A stretch of 63,900 nucleotides of DNA, filler included, from Welwitschia mirabilis (taxonomy: Eukaryota): the NCBI GenBank assembly GCA_051453625.1. It is 6 parts of one record of this genome, joined end to end, with 100 filler letters (N's around TTAATTAATTAA, not from the genome) between each part and the next. Parts side by side here need not be neighbours in the genome. Positions count along the whole stretch, not along the records: positions 1 to 17,233 come from JBOZIK010000001.1; positions 17,334 to 22,692 come from JBOZIK010000001.1; positions 22,793 to 31,353 come from JBOZIK010000001.1; 3 more parts are not named here. One strand, 5' to 3'. The notes under the pieces were generated by a model. It was not told the DNA's origin, did no database searches, and saw nothing but the letters and a program-made list of their open reading frames with translations. A program made the position numbers and the translations under genes. Position 1 is the stretch's first letter. The number at the start of each line of letters is the position of its first letter. Shown one piece after another: positions 13,041-27,951 of the stretch.

Positions 13041-14849
13041 GTGACTTATCCCTTTTCATCCCATCATAAGATAAAAAAAAAGAGAACACGAGCTACTTTG
13101 ACTCAATTATTATAAAAAGAGAGCATGGGTTGTGTTGCACTACCAGTTTATGGTTACTTGATGGGGTTTTATGAGCTATTTTGTAGAACATTCATACAGT
13201 TTTAAGTGTAATTCTGAGGATTTTGGAGAATTATTGTAAGATCTCAGAAATGTGCAATTATTACCTAAATTTGATGCATTTAAGAAACATTCTGATACAA
13301 AGATCCTTGGAAGAAGAATATTAATAGAAAGTCTAGTTTCTCCTTTGAAAAATGATCAGAAAAGACCATCGTTTCCATGATAGTCAGGATAATGACACTG
13401 TTAGTTGTTGATGTGGATGGCTGAATCACTACTGAGTCATCATTTTGAGCTCCCTTTTATAATGATTTGTTGTCCCCATTTCATTCAGATAACAGTCAAG
13501 ATGAAACTAACATGTAACCGATTTTGATAACTGATCCTTGACCATTTCATCCATTTCTTATCTGTAATAAGTATGTCTTGCTATACCTTCTGTTTATCAT
13601 TTTCTATTATAAGATGTTACAAATAAGTTCCCCTTCAACTCTTCTTCTCATCTTCATTGCATCAGAAATTCTTATGATAGGAGATCAAAGGGTGGGAGAT
13701 CCATCTTGAGTGTTACAAAAAGATGTTTGTTTGATGGAGGGCTGTGCATCCTTCATTGAAGCTCGACTATTTTGTAACCTAGATGCTTATTACTTCTTAA
13801 TATTAAAACCTTATTTGTTTTTATATTTGCATGTTATATTTTCAGATTATCCTTATGGTTTATGATTGCTATTGATTTGGTGATAATTTCATAGGTGACA
13901 TAGATCATTAAGGACAGCCTTTATTAAGGTTGAAAGTAAGTAGTATTAGTTTTATTTTTGCATTGCATGTTTTATTAAGTTACATCTTGAATTTGCATTA
14001 TATCTTTCATTTCTTGCATTGTTCTTTATCTTTGATTCATATTTTCTTTTTATAAAGCAATTTAAGTCTCATCTCATAGTCTTCAATGTGAATATGAAAT
14101 TTTAGGTTTACTCTCACTCATACTAGTATGTTGTATTATGTGATATTTCTATTTATTTTATGAATGACAAAATCCTTTTAAACTTAAGCACTTGTACAAA
14201 TACACATAGCAAAAAATTGGTGCCGTTACTAGGAAAGGATATTGAGGAGTACAAGGGTTGTCATTATTTGGGTAAGTATATTAGATTTTTATTCATTATT
14301 TATCTGTAGCAACATTGTATTTTATTAGGAACTATAGGTTTTCTATTTTGTAGTTGTTCAGTTTCAGTTTTTCAGATTCAGTTTTCTATAAAAAAATAAT
14401 AGTTGTCCCCTCTATCATCCACAAGATAGTTAAAATGATAGTGTACAATTTTTGCTTTCAAATTTATTTTTAGGTTTTAATTTTTCTATAATAAAATTAA
14501 TTTATTTTATCTTCCCTGGTATCCAGATGACCAGGTGGATGAAAATTCTATTTCTTAAGCTTTCCACTTTTTATTTTAGTTTTTGTGTATGTCATCCCTT
14601 CTGTTGCTCCCATAATAGATAGGATAATGGTCTATTATTTTTGATCATGTTTTTAATTATTTGCTATTTTCAGGATGCTATAATATGATCAATCTTCAGA
14701 AGAGATATCAGAGAGAAAGGCTACTGATAGAGAAGAGCATTAAAGAAGGACTGATAGACATAGAAAATAAATCAGAAAAGAAATCTCTATGTATACTAAA
14801 TCCTCCTTTTAAATTTTTTTTTTTGAATCTAATGAAAACCTTATCCTAA

Positions 14850-16830
14850 GGGAATTGTTAGCTAAAAAGAAATAAGAGATTCTAACCCATTTTGATATAC
14901 CCCTAGGAGATAACATTGATCTTAAAAATTTAAATGCCTACCCAACTTTTAATGGAGAAAATGATGAGGATCCTCTTCAACACATAACAGATATAGAACA
15001 ATTAATACTCACCTCACGAAATGAAAATAAAAAAATAACTGATAGAACATATACGATAATCTTTCCCAAGACACTAAAGGGTAGAGTAAAAAATTAAATA
15101 ANNNNNNNNNNNNNNNNNNNNNNNNNNNNNNNNNNNNNNNNNNNNNNNNNNNNNNNNNNNNNNNNNNNNNNNNNNNNNNNNNNNNNNNNNNNNNNNNNNN
15201 NNNNNNNNNNNNNNNNNNNNNNNNNNNNNNNNNNNNNNNNNNNNNNNNNNNNNNNNNNNNNNNNNNNNNNNNNTCTAATCTGGTAGATGCTTTTTCATGA
15301 GAAGAACTAGTGACCTACTTTTATAGTAAATTAACTCTCCATATAAAATAACTTGTAGATTTTCCTTATGATGGAAATTTTATGAACCTTATCCTAGATA
15401 ATGCCTAGGCAAAACTAGAAGAACTTGTGGATGTTAGTTAAACTTGATCAATAATAAGAGAAAACTACACCGTAGGTCAAATTATCAAATATTTAAACAA
15501 GGTAAAACAAAAATAGGTAGAAAAAAATCCTATAAATTTCATGAAAAATTTTACAAAAACCTTGGAGAAGTATGCAAAAATGATTTTAGTGCCAAATCCA
15601 CAATTGAGAGAAATGTTGTGCCTACTTGTCATTTATGTGAAGATAATTATCATATTACTAAAAACTATCNNNNNNNNNNNNNNNNNNNNNNNNNNNNNNN
15701 NNNNNNNNNNNNNNNNNNNNNNNNNNNNNNNNNNNNNNNNNNNNNNNNNNNNNNNNNNNNNNNNNNNTTTAACATTCATTTTTAAAACAATTCTCAACCT
15801 TTTAGAAACCGATTCAAAAACATAAACTACCACTAAGTTCATCTAACTAATAACATTTAAATGATCCAATCACAAACCTTATAGATAAAATTAGAAGATC
15901 ACATGAAGAAACAAATGCCAAACTTAAAACCTTAATAAATGTCTTTCAACAAATAATGTTAGCAAACCAAAGGCCTCATAGAACTTTAGCAATACAACCT
16001 TTATCAAAACCTAGTGAATTAAGAAAAGATTGTAAGGTTGTGATCAGAAGTGGATAAGAAAAAATCCATCTCCATGTAAACCTTCCATCTTCCAAAATTA
16101 TTTAAAAAAGATGAAGAATAATAGGAAGAGGACATTAAAATATTAGAATATTATAACTTTCTTTCTCTTGGTAAAAAAAAAAAAAAAAGAAAAATCCTTC
16201 TCAACAAATCATCCATTGGCTTGACAGGCTTAACAACAATTCAAATTTCAATGAACATCTAAAATCCTTAATGGAAAATATGCGCATAAAATTACCTTTT
16301 TGAAAAATTTTGCAACAAAATCCAAGGTACTCAAAACTTTGAAAAGACTTAACAAGAAGAAAATAAAAACAAGTCATTCTTAGCAAAGTCCTCTTAGCAC
16401 AATCCCTCATGAATTTAGTGTTACAAAAACCACCCAAATTTAAAGATCTAGGAGTAGCCATGATAAATGTTACTTTAGAGAAAAATAAAAATATTAGAAA
16501 ATCCTTAATAGACATTGGAGCAAGTGTTAATATGATGCCACTTCACATTTGTAAGAGACTTGGTTTGGAGGATAGAATAGAGCTTAGTCCAGTTATCTTA
16601 GAATTAGCAGACACTTTAGTTAAGAAACCATTAGGCATCATTAAAGATTTGGCAATACAAATTAAAAATTCCAGCCATTCCATAGATGTGATTATCATAG
16701 AAGTTAAGCATAATAGAGAATACCCTTTACTTCTAGGATGAGTCTTTTATGCAACGACCCATTGCATCATTAACATAAGATCAAGAATAATGAAATGTCA
16801 CTTTGGAAATAGAATGTTTATAATTAGAGT
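14850..16830 (+). pseudogene. gypsy gag and aspartic protease remnant
   Basis: AYPTFNGENDEDPLQHI (~14935), CHLCEDNYH zinc-like motif (ORF 15444), PPKFKDLG...LIDIGASVNMMP...LELAD...PLLLG (ORF 16409-16741). Confidence 0.88.
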
Positions 16831-17233
16831 CTTTGATGCAGCTAAAAAAGATTTAGGTGATGATATGAACATTAAAGATAACATCAAACCAACTTCATTC
16901 CTACAACATCACCCTCTTGAAGAAAGAGAGATAGAGTCACATGAACCTATACTTTATGATGACTAACTTGAGTTTAGAAATTTAGAATATAATGATAAAT
17001 CCAACTTTGAGAATGAGAAAGAGACTTTTATGTATACGGAAGTTCAATTTTTAGATTCACACCCTGAAGGCAATTGTCCATTACATAAAAAAATTGAAAA
17101 TCATAATTTGAATTTGGATGAGAAAAATCTTTTCAATGTACTTAAATATAGTTTTCTTTATGATGATCAAAATAAAACTCTTACATTTAATGAAAATAAT
17201 TTACTAGAATTACCAGTTATCTCCCTTTTGACT

Positions 17234-17333
17234 NNNNNNNNNNNNNNNNNNNNNNNNNNNNNNNNNNNNNNNNNNNNTTAATTAATTAANNNNNNNNNNN
17301 NNNNNNNNNNNNNNNNNNNNNNNNNNNNNNNNN
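17234..17333. other. Assembly linker N44-TTAATTAATTAA-N44 (also at 22693-22792, 31354-31453, 39072-39171 and 60570-60669)
   Basis: Identical 100-bp construct five times; the palindromic 12-mer gives stop codons in all six frames. Confidence 0.95.
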
Positions 17334-20235
17334 TTTTTGGGTCCTTACTTATAAGAGAAGCCTTTGTTAGTGTAATATGGTAGCTGGGGAAACTCCACTA
17401 GGAGGTCAGTTGGCCATGCTTTGTAGTGTTTCTAGTGTCATCAGAGATATTGCTTATTTTCTAGACTCTTAGTCTTTCTACATGATCATTTCATTTCTTG
17501 ATATTTGGGTGTTTGATTTGAGATAATGGCAAGTGAGTTCATTTTTAAGCAATTCTTTGGTCTGATCATTCATTTTATCTTTAGCATCATCATAACCACT
17601 AGCTTATTAAATGGAATTTTTCATACATTAAGTCATGCATTTTTCACATCAAGTGCCATTATGATTTATTTCATGGAAATCTACTAAGTTAAAATATCAG
17701 ATCAATGGATTATATTTTGATTATATTANNNNNNNNNNNNNNNNNNNNNNNNNNNNNNNNNNNNNNNNNNNNNNNNNNNNNNNNNNNNNNNNNNNNNNNN
17801 NNNNNNNNNNNNNNNNNNNNNNNNNNNNATTATGATTTCTTTCATGGAAATCTACTAAGTTAAAATATCAGATCAATGGATTATATTTTGATTATATTAT
17901 GCCCATTCTTTTTGTTTTCTTTTGTGGTTTGGTTAGTTATTTTAAACTAATTACCATACTTTCTTATCATGTTTTTCTATTTGGTTTTCAATAAAATTAG
18001 ATTTTTTGCTTAGTTGAGTATTTTTAATAAATTTTATTTTTGGTATTATAAGCATCACTCTTAATTATTTTTTTGATGAAACATTTTTATTATTNNNNNN
18101 NNNNNNNNNNNNNNNNNNNNNNNNNNNNNNNNNNNNNNNNNNNNNNNNNNNNNNNNNNNNNNNNNACTTCATTTTAAAAAGTTGTTCTCTTTTACCTGCG
18201 TTCTCATTCCCATCCACTTTCTTTGCTTTATTTTCCAATATAAGAGTATTAATTTTTCTTTTAACAGAGATCCATTTTCATGGTTCATTTTCAAAATTTT
18301 TTTAATTTAGATATTTTATGAGATAAAATTTTTAAAATTTTTGTACACATTATGCCTTACTTATTATTTATCTATGTGATGTATTTTATGAGCCTATTTT
18401 ATAATTTCAGGTTTATCTTTTAAAAAAAGATTGTCTCTAGTTATGGTTTTTCACCTAGTTTTTGTCAGGAATTAACAAAGGCTAACTGGGGGGCTATGTT
18501 ACACTGCCAATTTGTGGTTATTTGATGGGGTTTAATGAGCTATTTTGAAAAACATTCATATAAGTTTAGGTGCAATTTTGAGGATTTTAGAGAATTATTA
18601 TAAAATATCAAAAATATGTAATTATTACCTATATTATATGCATTTAAGGCATATTTTAATACATAGAGACTTAGAAGAAGAATATTGACAGAAATGCTAG
18701 TTTCTCTTTTGCAAAATGATTAAAAAAGACCATTGTCCCTTCTATCGTCCCCACGATAGTCAGGATAATAACACTATTAGTTACTAATGTGGATGGCTGA
18801 ATCACTGCTAAGTCATCATTTTAAGTTACTTTTATAATGAGTTATCATCCCTCTTTTCATCTAGACAACAGTCAGGATGATACTGACATATAACCAATTC
18901 TGATAATCGACCCTTGACCATTTCATCTGTTTCTTATCTGTAATGAGTACGTCTTACCATTCCTTTTATTTGTCATTTTTGCTATAAGATGTTATAAATA
19001 AGTTGCTCTTTGACTCTCCTTCTCATCTTTCTTACACTAAAAATTATCATGATAGGAGATCGAAGGGTCAGAGATCCATCTTGAATGTTATAAAAAGATG
19101 TTCCTTTGGTGGAGGGCTGTGCATCCTTCATTGAAGCTCAATTATTTTGTAAACCAGATTCTTGTTACTTCTTAATGCAAAACCTTATCTGTCTTCATAT
19201 TTTTATGTTAAATTATCATATTACTCTTATGGTTTATGATTGTCCTTGATATGGTGACAATTTCTTAGGTGATACAGATCATTAAGGGTGGCCTCTATTA
19301 AGGCTGAAAGCAAGTAGTATTAGTTCCATGTTTACATTGCATGTTATATTAAGTTACATCTTGCATTCGCATTGTATCTTTAATTTCCTACATTGTTCTT
19401 TATTTTTGGTTTATATTATCCTTTTGCAAATCAATCCGAGTCTCATCTCATAGTTTTCAATGTGGATATAACATTTCAAGTCTATTCCCATTCATACTAG
19501 TGTGTTATATTATGTGAGATATCTATTTATTTTATGAATGACAAAATCCTTTTGAACTTAAGCACTTGCATAAATACACACTGTAATAGGCTGCTTTGAA
19601 TCGGCTTTGCATTTCGAGTATTTTTCAAGACTTACTAATAGTGCAAGAATTTAAGCTCAACATTTCTACATAATTTTTCTTAATAATGTGTTAAAGATGT
19701 TCACAATCAGAATGTTGATAGTTTTTGATGATGCTTAAAAGACTATGATAACCTTAGGTTTCTTTAAAAGTTTGGAAAATGTATCAATGTCTTTGTTTTG
19801 AATGTTATCTCTTTGATGTTGTATTCTAATATTTTGCTACTACATTAGATTTTTCCTCTAGACTCTACCCTCTAATAGCTTGTTTTATGAGGGATGAGTC
19901 TTCTAGGCTGATCCAAGTCTTAAATACATTTGAGATAAAAAGAGCCAATGAAATTAATAGACTATTCTAGATTTTAGAATATTAGGTAAAGCAATGCTAC
20001 ATAGGTTAAAAATGACCTTTTAAAGGTTTATGCATTAAACATTTCTCAAATATAAGTTACTCAGTAGTTCCAAACATGAGAAAATGATTTCAACTAAAGT
20101 GTCAACAAGTTCTTGACATGGATGATTTAAAGCAGTCCTTCCTGAGGAAATGCTTACAGATGATGGTGCATTTCTTTGATCCTTTGAAAGTGTAGTAGAC
20201 TATAAAGGCTAGGAAGGAAAACCCAATGAACTAAC

Positions 20236-22927
20236 TGTTGCGGTGTGTATTTGTGCAATAGTTCACGTTTCAATTTCAATCCTGTTAATTATAAATAAGA
20301 TGAAAAATACAACACGCTAGTATAGACGGAGTGATTCGAATGTCGTAATTACGTCGAAGGCCAATGGTATGGATAATAAAGAGTTGATTTCAAAGAGAAA
20401 TATGTAACTTAGTCTACTAAAATAAATTGCAATGCATGAAATAAAATAGTGATGCAAAGCTAATCTATGAAAAGAAACAACAATCCACTTAATCTAATCC
20501 AGCTCAGCCTTAACAAAAGCTGCCCTCATAATCTATATAATTAAAGAAACCTGTCACAAATCTAGAAAAATATAAACTATGAGGGATAAGTTCCTATAAT
20601 TGTTAAAAAGAGTAAATCATATTAAAGATAAAAAGGCATCTGTTTCACAAAGTAGTCATTCATCAATGGAGGATACACCATCCAACACTAAGGTAACATC
20701 TCTCTGGATTACAAGATGGTTCTCAGGTCCCAAGATCTCCTATCATGAGAATGTCAGGTACTATTGAAGATGATTAGGGATCGAGGGGGAAACCTTTATT
20801 TATAGATATAAAGGAGAAAGGAACTAACATAAAAGTATAAGAGAAACTCTAGCTAACATGCAAGGGAAAGTCACAAATAATAGGCAACAACTCGGGAATT
20901 CATTATGTAAAAGTATGGGATAATAGTGTCATCCATGTGGTCATCTGAACGATGGAGGAGATGACAGGGATTTACAATGAGTTATCTTCTTTGCTTCTAG
21001 TTTACCTATCTGTGATTTGCATGTGAAGTTCTGTCAACTGGTTCTAGAGATGTCGTCCACTATTATTGTCTGGATAATTAGGTGGACGATGGAGTCTGAT
21101 AAGAAGATGTTCAGTTCAACTACAAGTCATCTGGAAATTGGTTTATTATATGTCCAATTAGGGTTTTCGTCCTGATTATCATCTGGATGACTTAGGGGAT
21201 GACAGTCTTCTATTCATTCTTTGTCAGCGTGATATCCTATTATTTGCAAAAATAATCATATGAAAATATAATTTATCTATATCTATAGGAAATCCTTGTG
21301 AACTATCTGATAAACTGCATGTTTTCATCTTGTGCTCCTAGATTCTTGATTGTCATAGGAATTAGGCATTTATCTGTTAGTTTATTTGCAAAACAACTCA
21401 AAATACCCTATCAAATACACTTAAGTTGGCGTCGTAACAATATAGAATCATATCTTTTCTTTCAATGTTCTCTACAAAATTCATTCTATTCTATTTCAAT
21501 AAAACACTGCTCATATTACACCGAGACATGTGGATAACCCTAGAACTAAATATTTCCTTAAAAGAATGACTATAAATGTAAGAAACATCAATGTCATCTA
21601 TGCCAAGAATGGGATTAACAAAACTAGGAACTATGTGTAAGTAGGTACCTCTAACTTGATTTTGAAAGACACATGTGTTATCATCAACTTCCTGAATATT
21701 GACATAGGATTCTCTTATCACTAGCCTAGCAGTATGATGGTTTAGATAAATAATAATTTTCTATCCAAGTTGAGTGAAATAATCCATTAGCTAATCTCTG
21801 CACTTCTTCTAAAATCCAAGGGTCCTTTCTATAATGATAGAATTTATAGACCATGTTCTATATCTAAGTAGACTTCATTTTAAAAAAAATTAGAATGTTT
21901 TAGCTAGAGGGATGTAAGTAATCAAGATTAAAGATCTAGTTTCTATGAAATTCCTAGTTAGAATCACTACCAGAGCTAGTATAATAATGGATATAATTTC
22001 TTTTACTATAAAGAAATTGTCCATTGCATAACAAAGGCCCTCCTAGATAATAATAAATAGTCCTAAATTATCAAAAATCATTTTTTAATAATATAAAAAT
22101 TTTGAGTAGTAATAGATAATCAAAGGTTCCAATTTTAGGCCTTTATTATAGGAGGTAAGGCTTTACTTAATAATAAAATAGTAATTATTTTATTTTATTA
22201 TGAAGTATCTCATTACTTCATATCTTATACGATTATTATAAGCTCAAATCTATATATACTCTAAATGAGAAATGCATAAAGTGGGTAAATTAGTCCTTGT
22301 TCAATATTAAATGTTAGATCCAAAATTATAATTTATCCATAAGTAAAGGAGAGTTTTAGATACAACCAATTATTGGTAATTTTAAAAAAATATAACATTA
22401 TTTTAGATGTGAATTAGTTAATTAGAATAGAGTAATTATAAATTATGATAAGCATTAAGTATAAATGATAACCATGATTAAATACTAATCTTTTATGGAA
22501 ATTAAAAATTAGTAGTGAATTAATCATAGTATTGATGAAGCTGCTTAGGAACTAGAGGAACAATGAAAAATCAATACTCAAATATTTTGAGACTTTTATG
22601 ATATGTAGTTATTTATTCTTAAACTGTTGTGTATCTTGATATGTAAGAGTGAATTAGTATAAGTGGGAAAGGACATTATACTCTATATTTTGNNNNNNNN
22701 NNNNNNNNNNNNNNNNNNNNNNNNNNNNNNNNNNNNTTAATTAATTAANNNNNNNNNNNNNNNNNNNNNNNNNNNNNNNNNNNNNNNNNNNNGCATGTTT
22801 TCGTCTTGTGTTCCTGGATTCTCAATTGTCATAGGAACTAGGCATTTATTTGTTAGTTTATCTGCAAAATTATCTGCAAAACAACTCAAAATACCCTATC
22901 AAATGCACTTAAGTTGGTGTCCCAACA
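20236..22927 (-). mobile_element. Athila-like gypsy element remnant: full LTR 20236-21439, LTR end 22793-22927, gap inside
   Basis: Perfect TSD CTAAC at 20231-20235 and 22928-22932; TG...CA termini; LTR is the reverse complement of the LTR at 58210-59771; ORF 21491-21721 has an IRESYVN...VRG motif like the accessory ORF of Athila-type elements. Confidence 0.8.
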
Positions 22928-23429
22928 CTAACTCTAGCTACAATAGTTATAGGTAGATTTAAAATACCTAAAGACCAAAAGAAATAGTTGAATCACTTGG
23001 TTATTCACAACCTTATAAAGTTAAAGTTACAAAGTAAAACTCAAGCAGAAAGCCTAAGCAAGTCATGTCTGTGTGTTGGCCAATTACCATCATATTGTTT
23101 TTAGTTTTCTATCATCTTCTATAATAGTTAAGTATCAGGACACTTCCAAAGCAAGAATTTAGGATTTGAATTTTTTTTTTAAGAAAATAAAAATTTTTAT
23201 AGAAATGTGAATAGATCTTATAAAGGCATCATATACATTACTAGGAACAACACTATGAAGAATATTTCTTAAAGCTATACATCTTTTACTATAATGCAGA
23301 TTCAGTCCTTGAGGATTTATAGGTATGAATTTATTCATTTTAAAACTTGTGTTGTTTTCTTTTTTATTATTGTATTTAGGTTTTAGAGGTAATTATTTGT
23401 GAGACACCTTTAACACCTATTTTATTTCT

Positions 23430-25345
23430 TGCATTCACATTTTGCTTATATATTTAAATATTTATATGTTTTGTTCTAGCATGATATTTGGCATTTATCA
23501 CAAGAAGGAATGCACTTTAACAGTTTGACAACAATTCAAAATCCTTTTACTTTACTTATAGTTCTATGCATAACCTTTTTAGCCATGATAATTTTTTCAT
23601 GGCTTTAGTCATGGCCGTATTTAGCATTAGTGGAGAACAGTGTAATCAATCCTTGCAATCTAAAATACCATGAAATAGCAACACCTATAAACATGAAAAT
23701 ATAACTGCTGGTGGATCTACTTGTATCAACATCACTAGCTAAGTTGGCATTCACATATCCAACAACATTGACATTACCATTGCTAAATATTAGGGTCATA
23801 TTAGAGGTGCCCTTCAAATAGTAAAAGTCCATTTCATAGACTTCCAATGGCTTTTGCTAGATTACACATAAACCTTCTCACTGCAAAGGATAAATCTAGT
23901 CATATAGGCATCATATAATACATCAGGCTACAAATAACTTATTTATATAACACATTTATCATACTCTCCTTCTCCTTATTTATCTTTGGATAGTCTACTT
24001 TACTCAATTTTAAATTTGCTAGTAGTACAATAGTAATAGATTTATAATTTAGAGCCCTCTGTTATGCTTTTTTTTACTTCTTTGAGTATGGAATGACTCA
24101 TTTGATGGTTAGAACTATTCAAATATTCCCATTCTAAGTTTTCTAGTATAGGGTATCTTGAACAAATCCACAAGTATCTCTACTAGTATTAATGATAAAA
24201 ATCTATTCATTTACTACTTCAGACTCCACTTAGAACTTGCAAACAACATTCAATCATGTATTTTTTTTTTACCATTTTACTTTTTAAACTAAGGATCAAG
24301 ATAATCCTTCCTTTAAGAACTAACCAATTTAATGTCAAATCGATGTAGAATATTAGAATTAAATGAAAACACTAGAGTGTCTGGCTACATGGAAAATAAT
24401 AAATATAGTATCTTAATACATATAACATGATTAGAAGGATGCATAAGTCTTATATATGGAACATAGGTTTTTCTAGAGAAGCAACATACTACTATTACTT
24501 TCATCAATCTTGTATTGGCATAACTAATTTAGTCTTTAAATTTAAGTAAGTTCTCATATGTCATACTATCAACATCTAGTATCCATTTCCTGTGTTGGTC
24601 ATACATGTCCATATCTCCTATTACAAAAGATGCCTCAAGCATAAAAAGTCACTCTCTAGTGCTTGCAGATGAGTGTCTTGATACTTGCATTAAAAATTTT
24701 TCTTTTCCATAGTGATGGATTTAAAAATTCATCAAGGCCAATATTAGGTCATGATTACAGGTTTAAAGATAATGATTTAGATGCAAGGGATCATAAGCAT
24801 TGTATTCTTGCATCTAGTGAAGACTGTAGCAAAGGTTGAAAATTTTGTTATTATTAAAGGGATGAAAATTCCTTAATAGTAAAGTCAAGGAAAATTTATT
24901 CATAGTATGTTATGATGAATGCAATAAATATTCCTTCAAAGAACAACACATTAAAACAAAAAATTGATAAATTAATTCTAAATTTTTTTGTGTACTTTTC
25001 TCGATCTGTTTCATTAGGGAAATTATTTAGAAACTACTAAAGTCATTAAAAGGACTGTGGAAGAGATACCAAAAATCTCTTGAAGAAGTAGAAATGTATG
25101 TAGATAATAGTTCCCAAACAAATCTAATTCCTATGATTAATGAAAAATATTTTAATTGTTGAAGTTTTTCCTAAAGCTTTACTTATGTCATTGCTTATTC
25201 ATAAGTTAATATCAACCTTAGAAATATATTGCTCTTTGCTATTTTCATTTCACTCCATTATGCTACATCATAGATCCTAATGTGAAAAAGAATGTTTCAA
25301 ATTTTGTACTTTGAGCTTTCATAGTACCTTATTACCATGCACTGA
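23430..25345 (-). mobile_element. Internally deleted, decayed copia remnant
   Basis: RNase H-type YLKGT...VVGYVNANLASDVDTSRSTSSYIFMFIGVAISW (ORF 23605-23847); protease-like KWILD near 24575-24590; boundaries approximate. Confidence 0.8.
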
Positions 25346-25479
25346 TGAGGAAGGGATTTAGGCAAAAAACACATTCAACTTTCTCTATTCTTGAACTAGA
25401 CCTATAAATAAATTGTAAAGATTAAACAAGTAACTTATGTTATTCATTTGTCACTAGATTTAGAATTAGACTAGTTAGA

Positions 25480-27740
25480 CCAAATTAAGAATAAGTTGCT
25501 ACTCTTGTCTAATCCATTTCAATTTTTATCCATTTCCTCAATAAGCTTTTGTAGGATTCTTAAGTATTTGTGGGGCTATAGATTTGTTGATTTTCTCATT
25601 TGTGTTAGCCAATCTTTGAGTGACTTCTATCAAACATCTATCAAAAACTCAAACTTTTGCCAAGCATCTATCACAGACTTAAATAAGTTATGCATCCATG
25701 TTAGCTATAAGGAAGACCCTCCCTTGTATGTACTTTTCACAAATGATTTCAACATAGTATCTATATGATTACTTTGAATAAATGCACTAAAGTTAATTCC
25801 ACAAGAGGTATACTTTTTAATAGGTTTGTTAGGTACCTAATGGTCTTTTCCTTCTATAGGTATTCTCTCATCCTCCATTTTGCAAATGAGCTTCTCTTGC
25901 TCTCTATTTACTACCTAGATGTTCTACTTGCATCATTGAATGCAACACTTCTATTATTAATCATTTTAGCTATGTCCTAACAACACTTAGTTACCTATCT
26001 TTCTAAACATATGATCTTATATGTTAGTTTATCTTAGGTAGTAGATCTACAACAAATCTAAAATAGAGAAGAGAGAAAAAAATCTAGTGATGTAGATAAC
26101 ATTTGAGCTTTCAAGACAAAATAAATTAATCATGGATGTTTTGATGAAATTTCTTTTTGGAATATGTTAAAAGGTCTAATCCAAAATATTAAGAAATAAT
26201 GTAGCTAGAGAAGTAGTTTTAGAGAATCCAGTCCATGATTCACTAAAGGATGGTGATTATATATATGAAGAGAGAATGATTAAAAGATCTCCTTATCTTT
26301 CTCTCTAAAAGATAATGGGCTTGTGTTATAGAGGCCTTTAAGAGAAGAAAAGAATAAAATAGATTTACAAGATGTATCTACTATAGAAAATGCATGTCAT
26401 TATTTGGTTTATTGTAACTACATTTGCTATGTAAGTTGTCTTTTTTTTCTTTTTAATGAAATTAAGATGATAATTAGCTTTATAGTGAGTATGAAGATTC
26501 TTAGTATCCTATCCATATCCATGTAAACATCCTAAAAGAATAGATTTATCTCCATCCTCCTTTATCAAAAAATGGAATTTATTCTGACTTATGATCCTCT
26601 TTTGGGATTTCCTTCTAAGCCTTTGAAACTAATATCAATGGGGTCACTACTTAGCTTTCGTCTATAAGACTTATGAGATGAAGCTTTTATGTAATAATTT
26701 AGAGAAGCTCAAATAACACGTATTACAGACATAGGCAAGTAAACATCTAAAGTGGATGTGTAACTGAGACTTTCAAAAGTATATCACTTGCAACCTCTAT
26801 TTGCAGGATTTGGAGATGTCAAGTAGACATAAGAGAAGAGACGGATTGAAATGAATGCCTTATTTATGAGCTTGTTTTTTAACAATCCCTTGGGGAAAAT
26901 GCCAGTTCAAGCAAAGGAGAAGTAATAGACATCTATCCCCCTCTCCTTAGACTATTTCATAGAATTTGCTAGTAGGACTAGAGTAAAGCTATTAGGATAC
27001 TTGATGTTATTATGATGAAATAAAGTATTATGAGGTTCTATAATCATTAAAGAGTTACTAAAACCTAAAGGGAAATGTAACCTAATCACTTCTTTAGCCC
27101 TCTCTTCCCTTTCTCTTTCATTCTTTCTCCACTCTTTGAAGATTTAGAAGGGAACAAAACCTATAGAACAAAGACACCTATACATCATGAATGAAACTGT
27201 CTTCAATCGTTCATAAATGTAAATCAATTTGAAAACTATTGCATACTTCAAAGTAGGACATGGATTCATTTTAAAGTAAGTCATGGATCATCATGTCTAT
27301 AACACAGGGTGTGCATTCCTTTACTCATTGTCTTTTCAAAGTGGAATATAACACCTCATATCCTAAGCCTTTACTTTCCTTGTACCCCAAATTATCTATT
27401 ACTTAAGAGATATGACGCCCATTTGTCCTATTAATTGCTTACCTATTTTTTATGGCTTAACCTAAACATATCTCTAGGTCATAATTAAAAAGTAATTACT
27501 AGTAATAATATGGATAACTAGTATCCTTGACTTGATATCACCAACGTTTTTAGAGTCATGGTGATCTTTTCTTCCAAATGAGGATCTTGGGACTAGTGGC
27601 TAAATGCAAAAAGAATAGTAATGAAAACACAATAAAGAAAAAATTAAAAACTACATCATAAAGTAAATGTAATAATAAACTAATAGGAATTAAAAATGGG
27701 ACTTCACATCCCTTACTAAGTCAAGGATTGTAACGAGGAA
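25480..27740 (-). mobile_element. Highly decayed retrotransposon remnant, probably gypsy gag/protease
   Basis: Weak gag-like and protease-tail-like (GYG*D, ~26510) translations and a PBS-like TGATATCAAG at ~27531-27540; no clean motif. Confidence 0.35.
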
Positions 27741-27951
27741 CTTTCTTTATATTTACATTATGTTATTTTTATTTGTATATAACTATAATGGATTTTTCTC
27801 GTCCTCCTTAATTTCTTTATTAAGATGCAAAGAAGAATGCATTTATCATATTCATCTAGGATAATTTATCTTGTGTTGAGACTATTATAGGAATACATGT
27901 AGTGGCATCATCATATCCATCATCGTCATATGATAAATTCATTTATGCAAG

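Larger units (their letters stand above)
13133..19588 (+). mobile_element. Ty3/gypsy Athila-like LTR retrotransposon nested in the CACTA; both LTRs present, only gag and protease visible
   Basis: LTRs 13133-14214 and 18497-19588, TSD GGTTG/GGCTG, PBS TGGTGCCGTTACTAGG at 14218, G-run PPT at 18488-18493. Confidence 0.92.

Noticed and set aside
17278..17289. Recurring palindrome TTAATTAATTAA as a biological motif
   Set aside because: Always centred in exactly 44+44 Ns; it is an artificial contig linker.
17657..17899. Exact repeats flanking N gaps (also ~33896/34041, ~54080/54228 and ~59379/59548)
   Set aside because: Near-identical overlaps at contig ends, typical of unmerged assembly overlaps.
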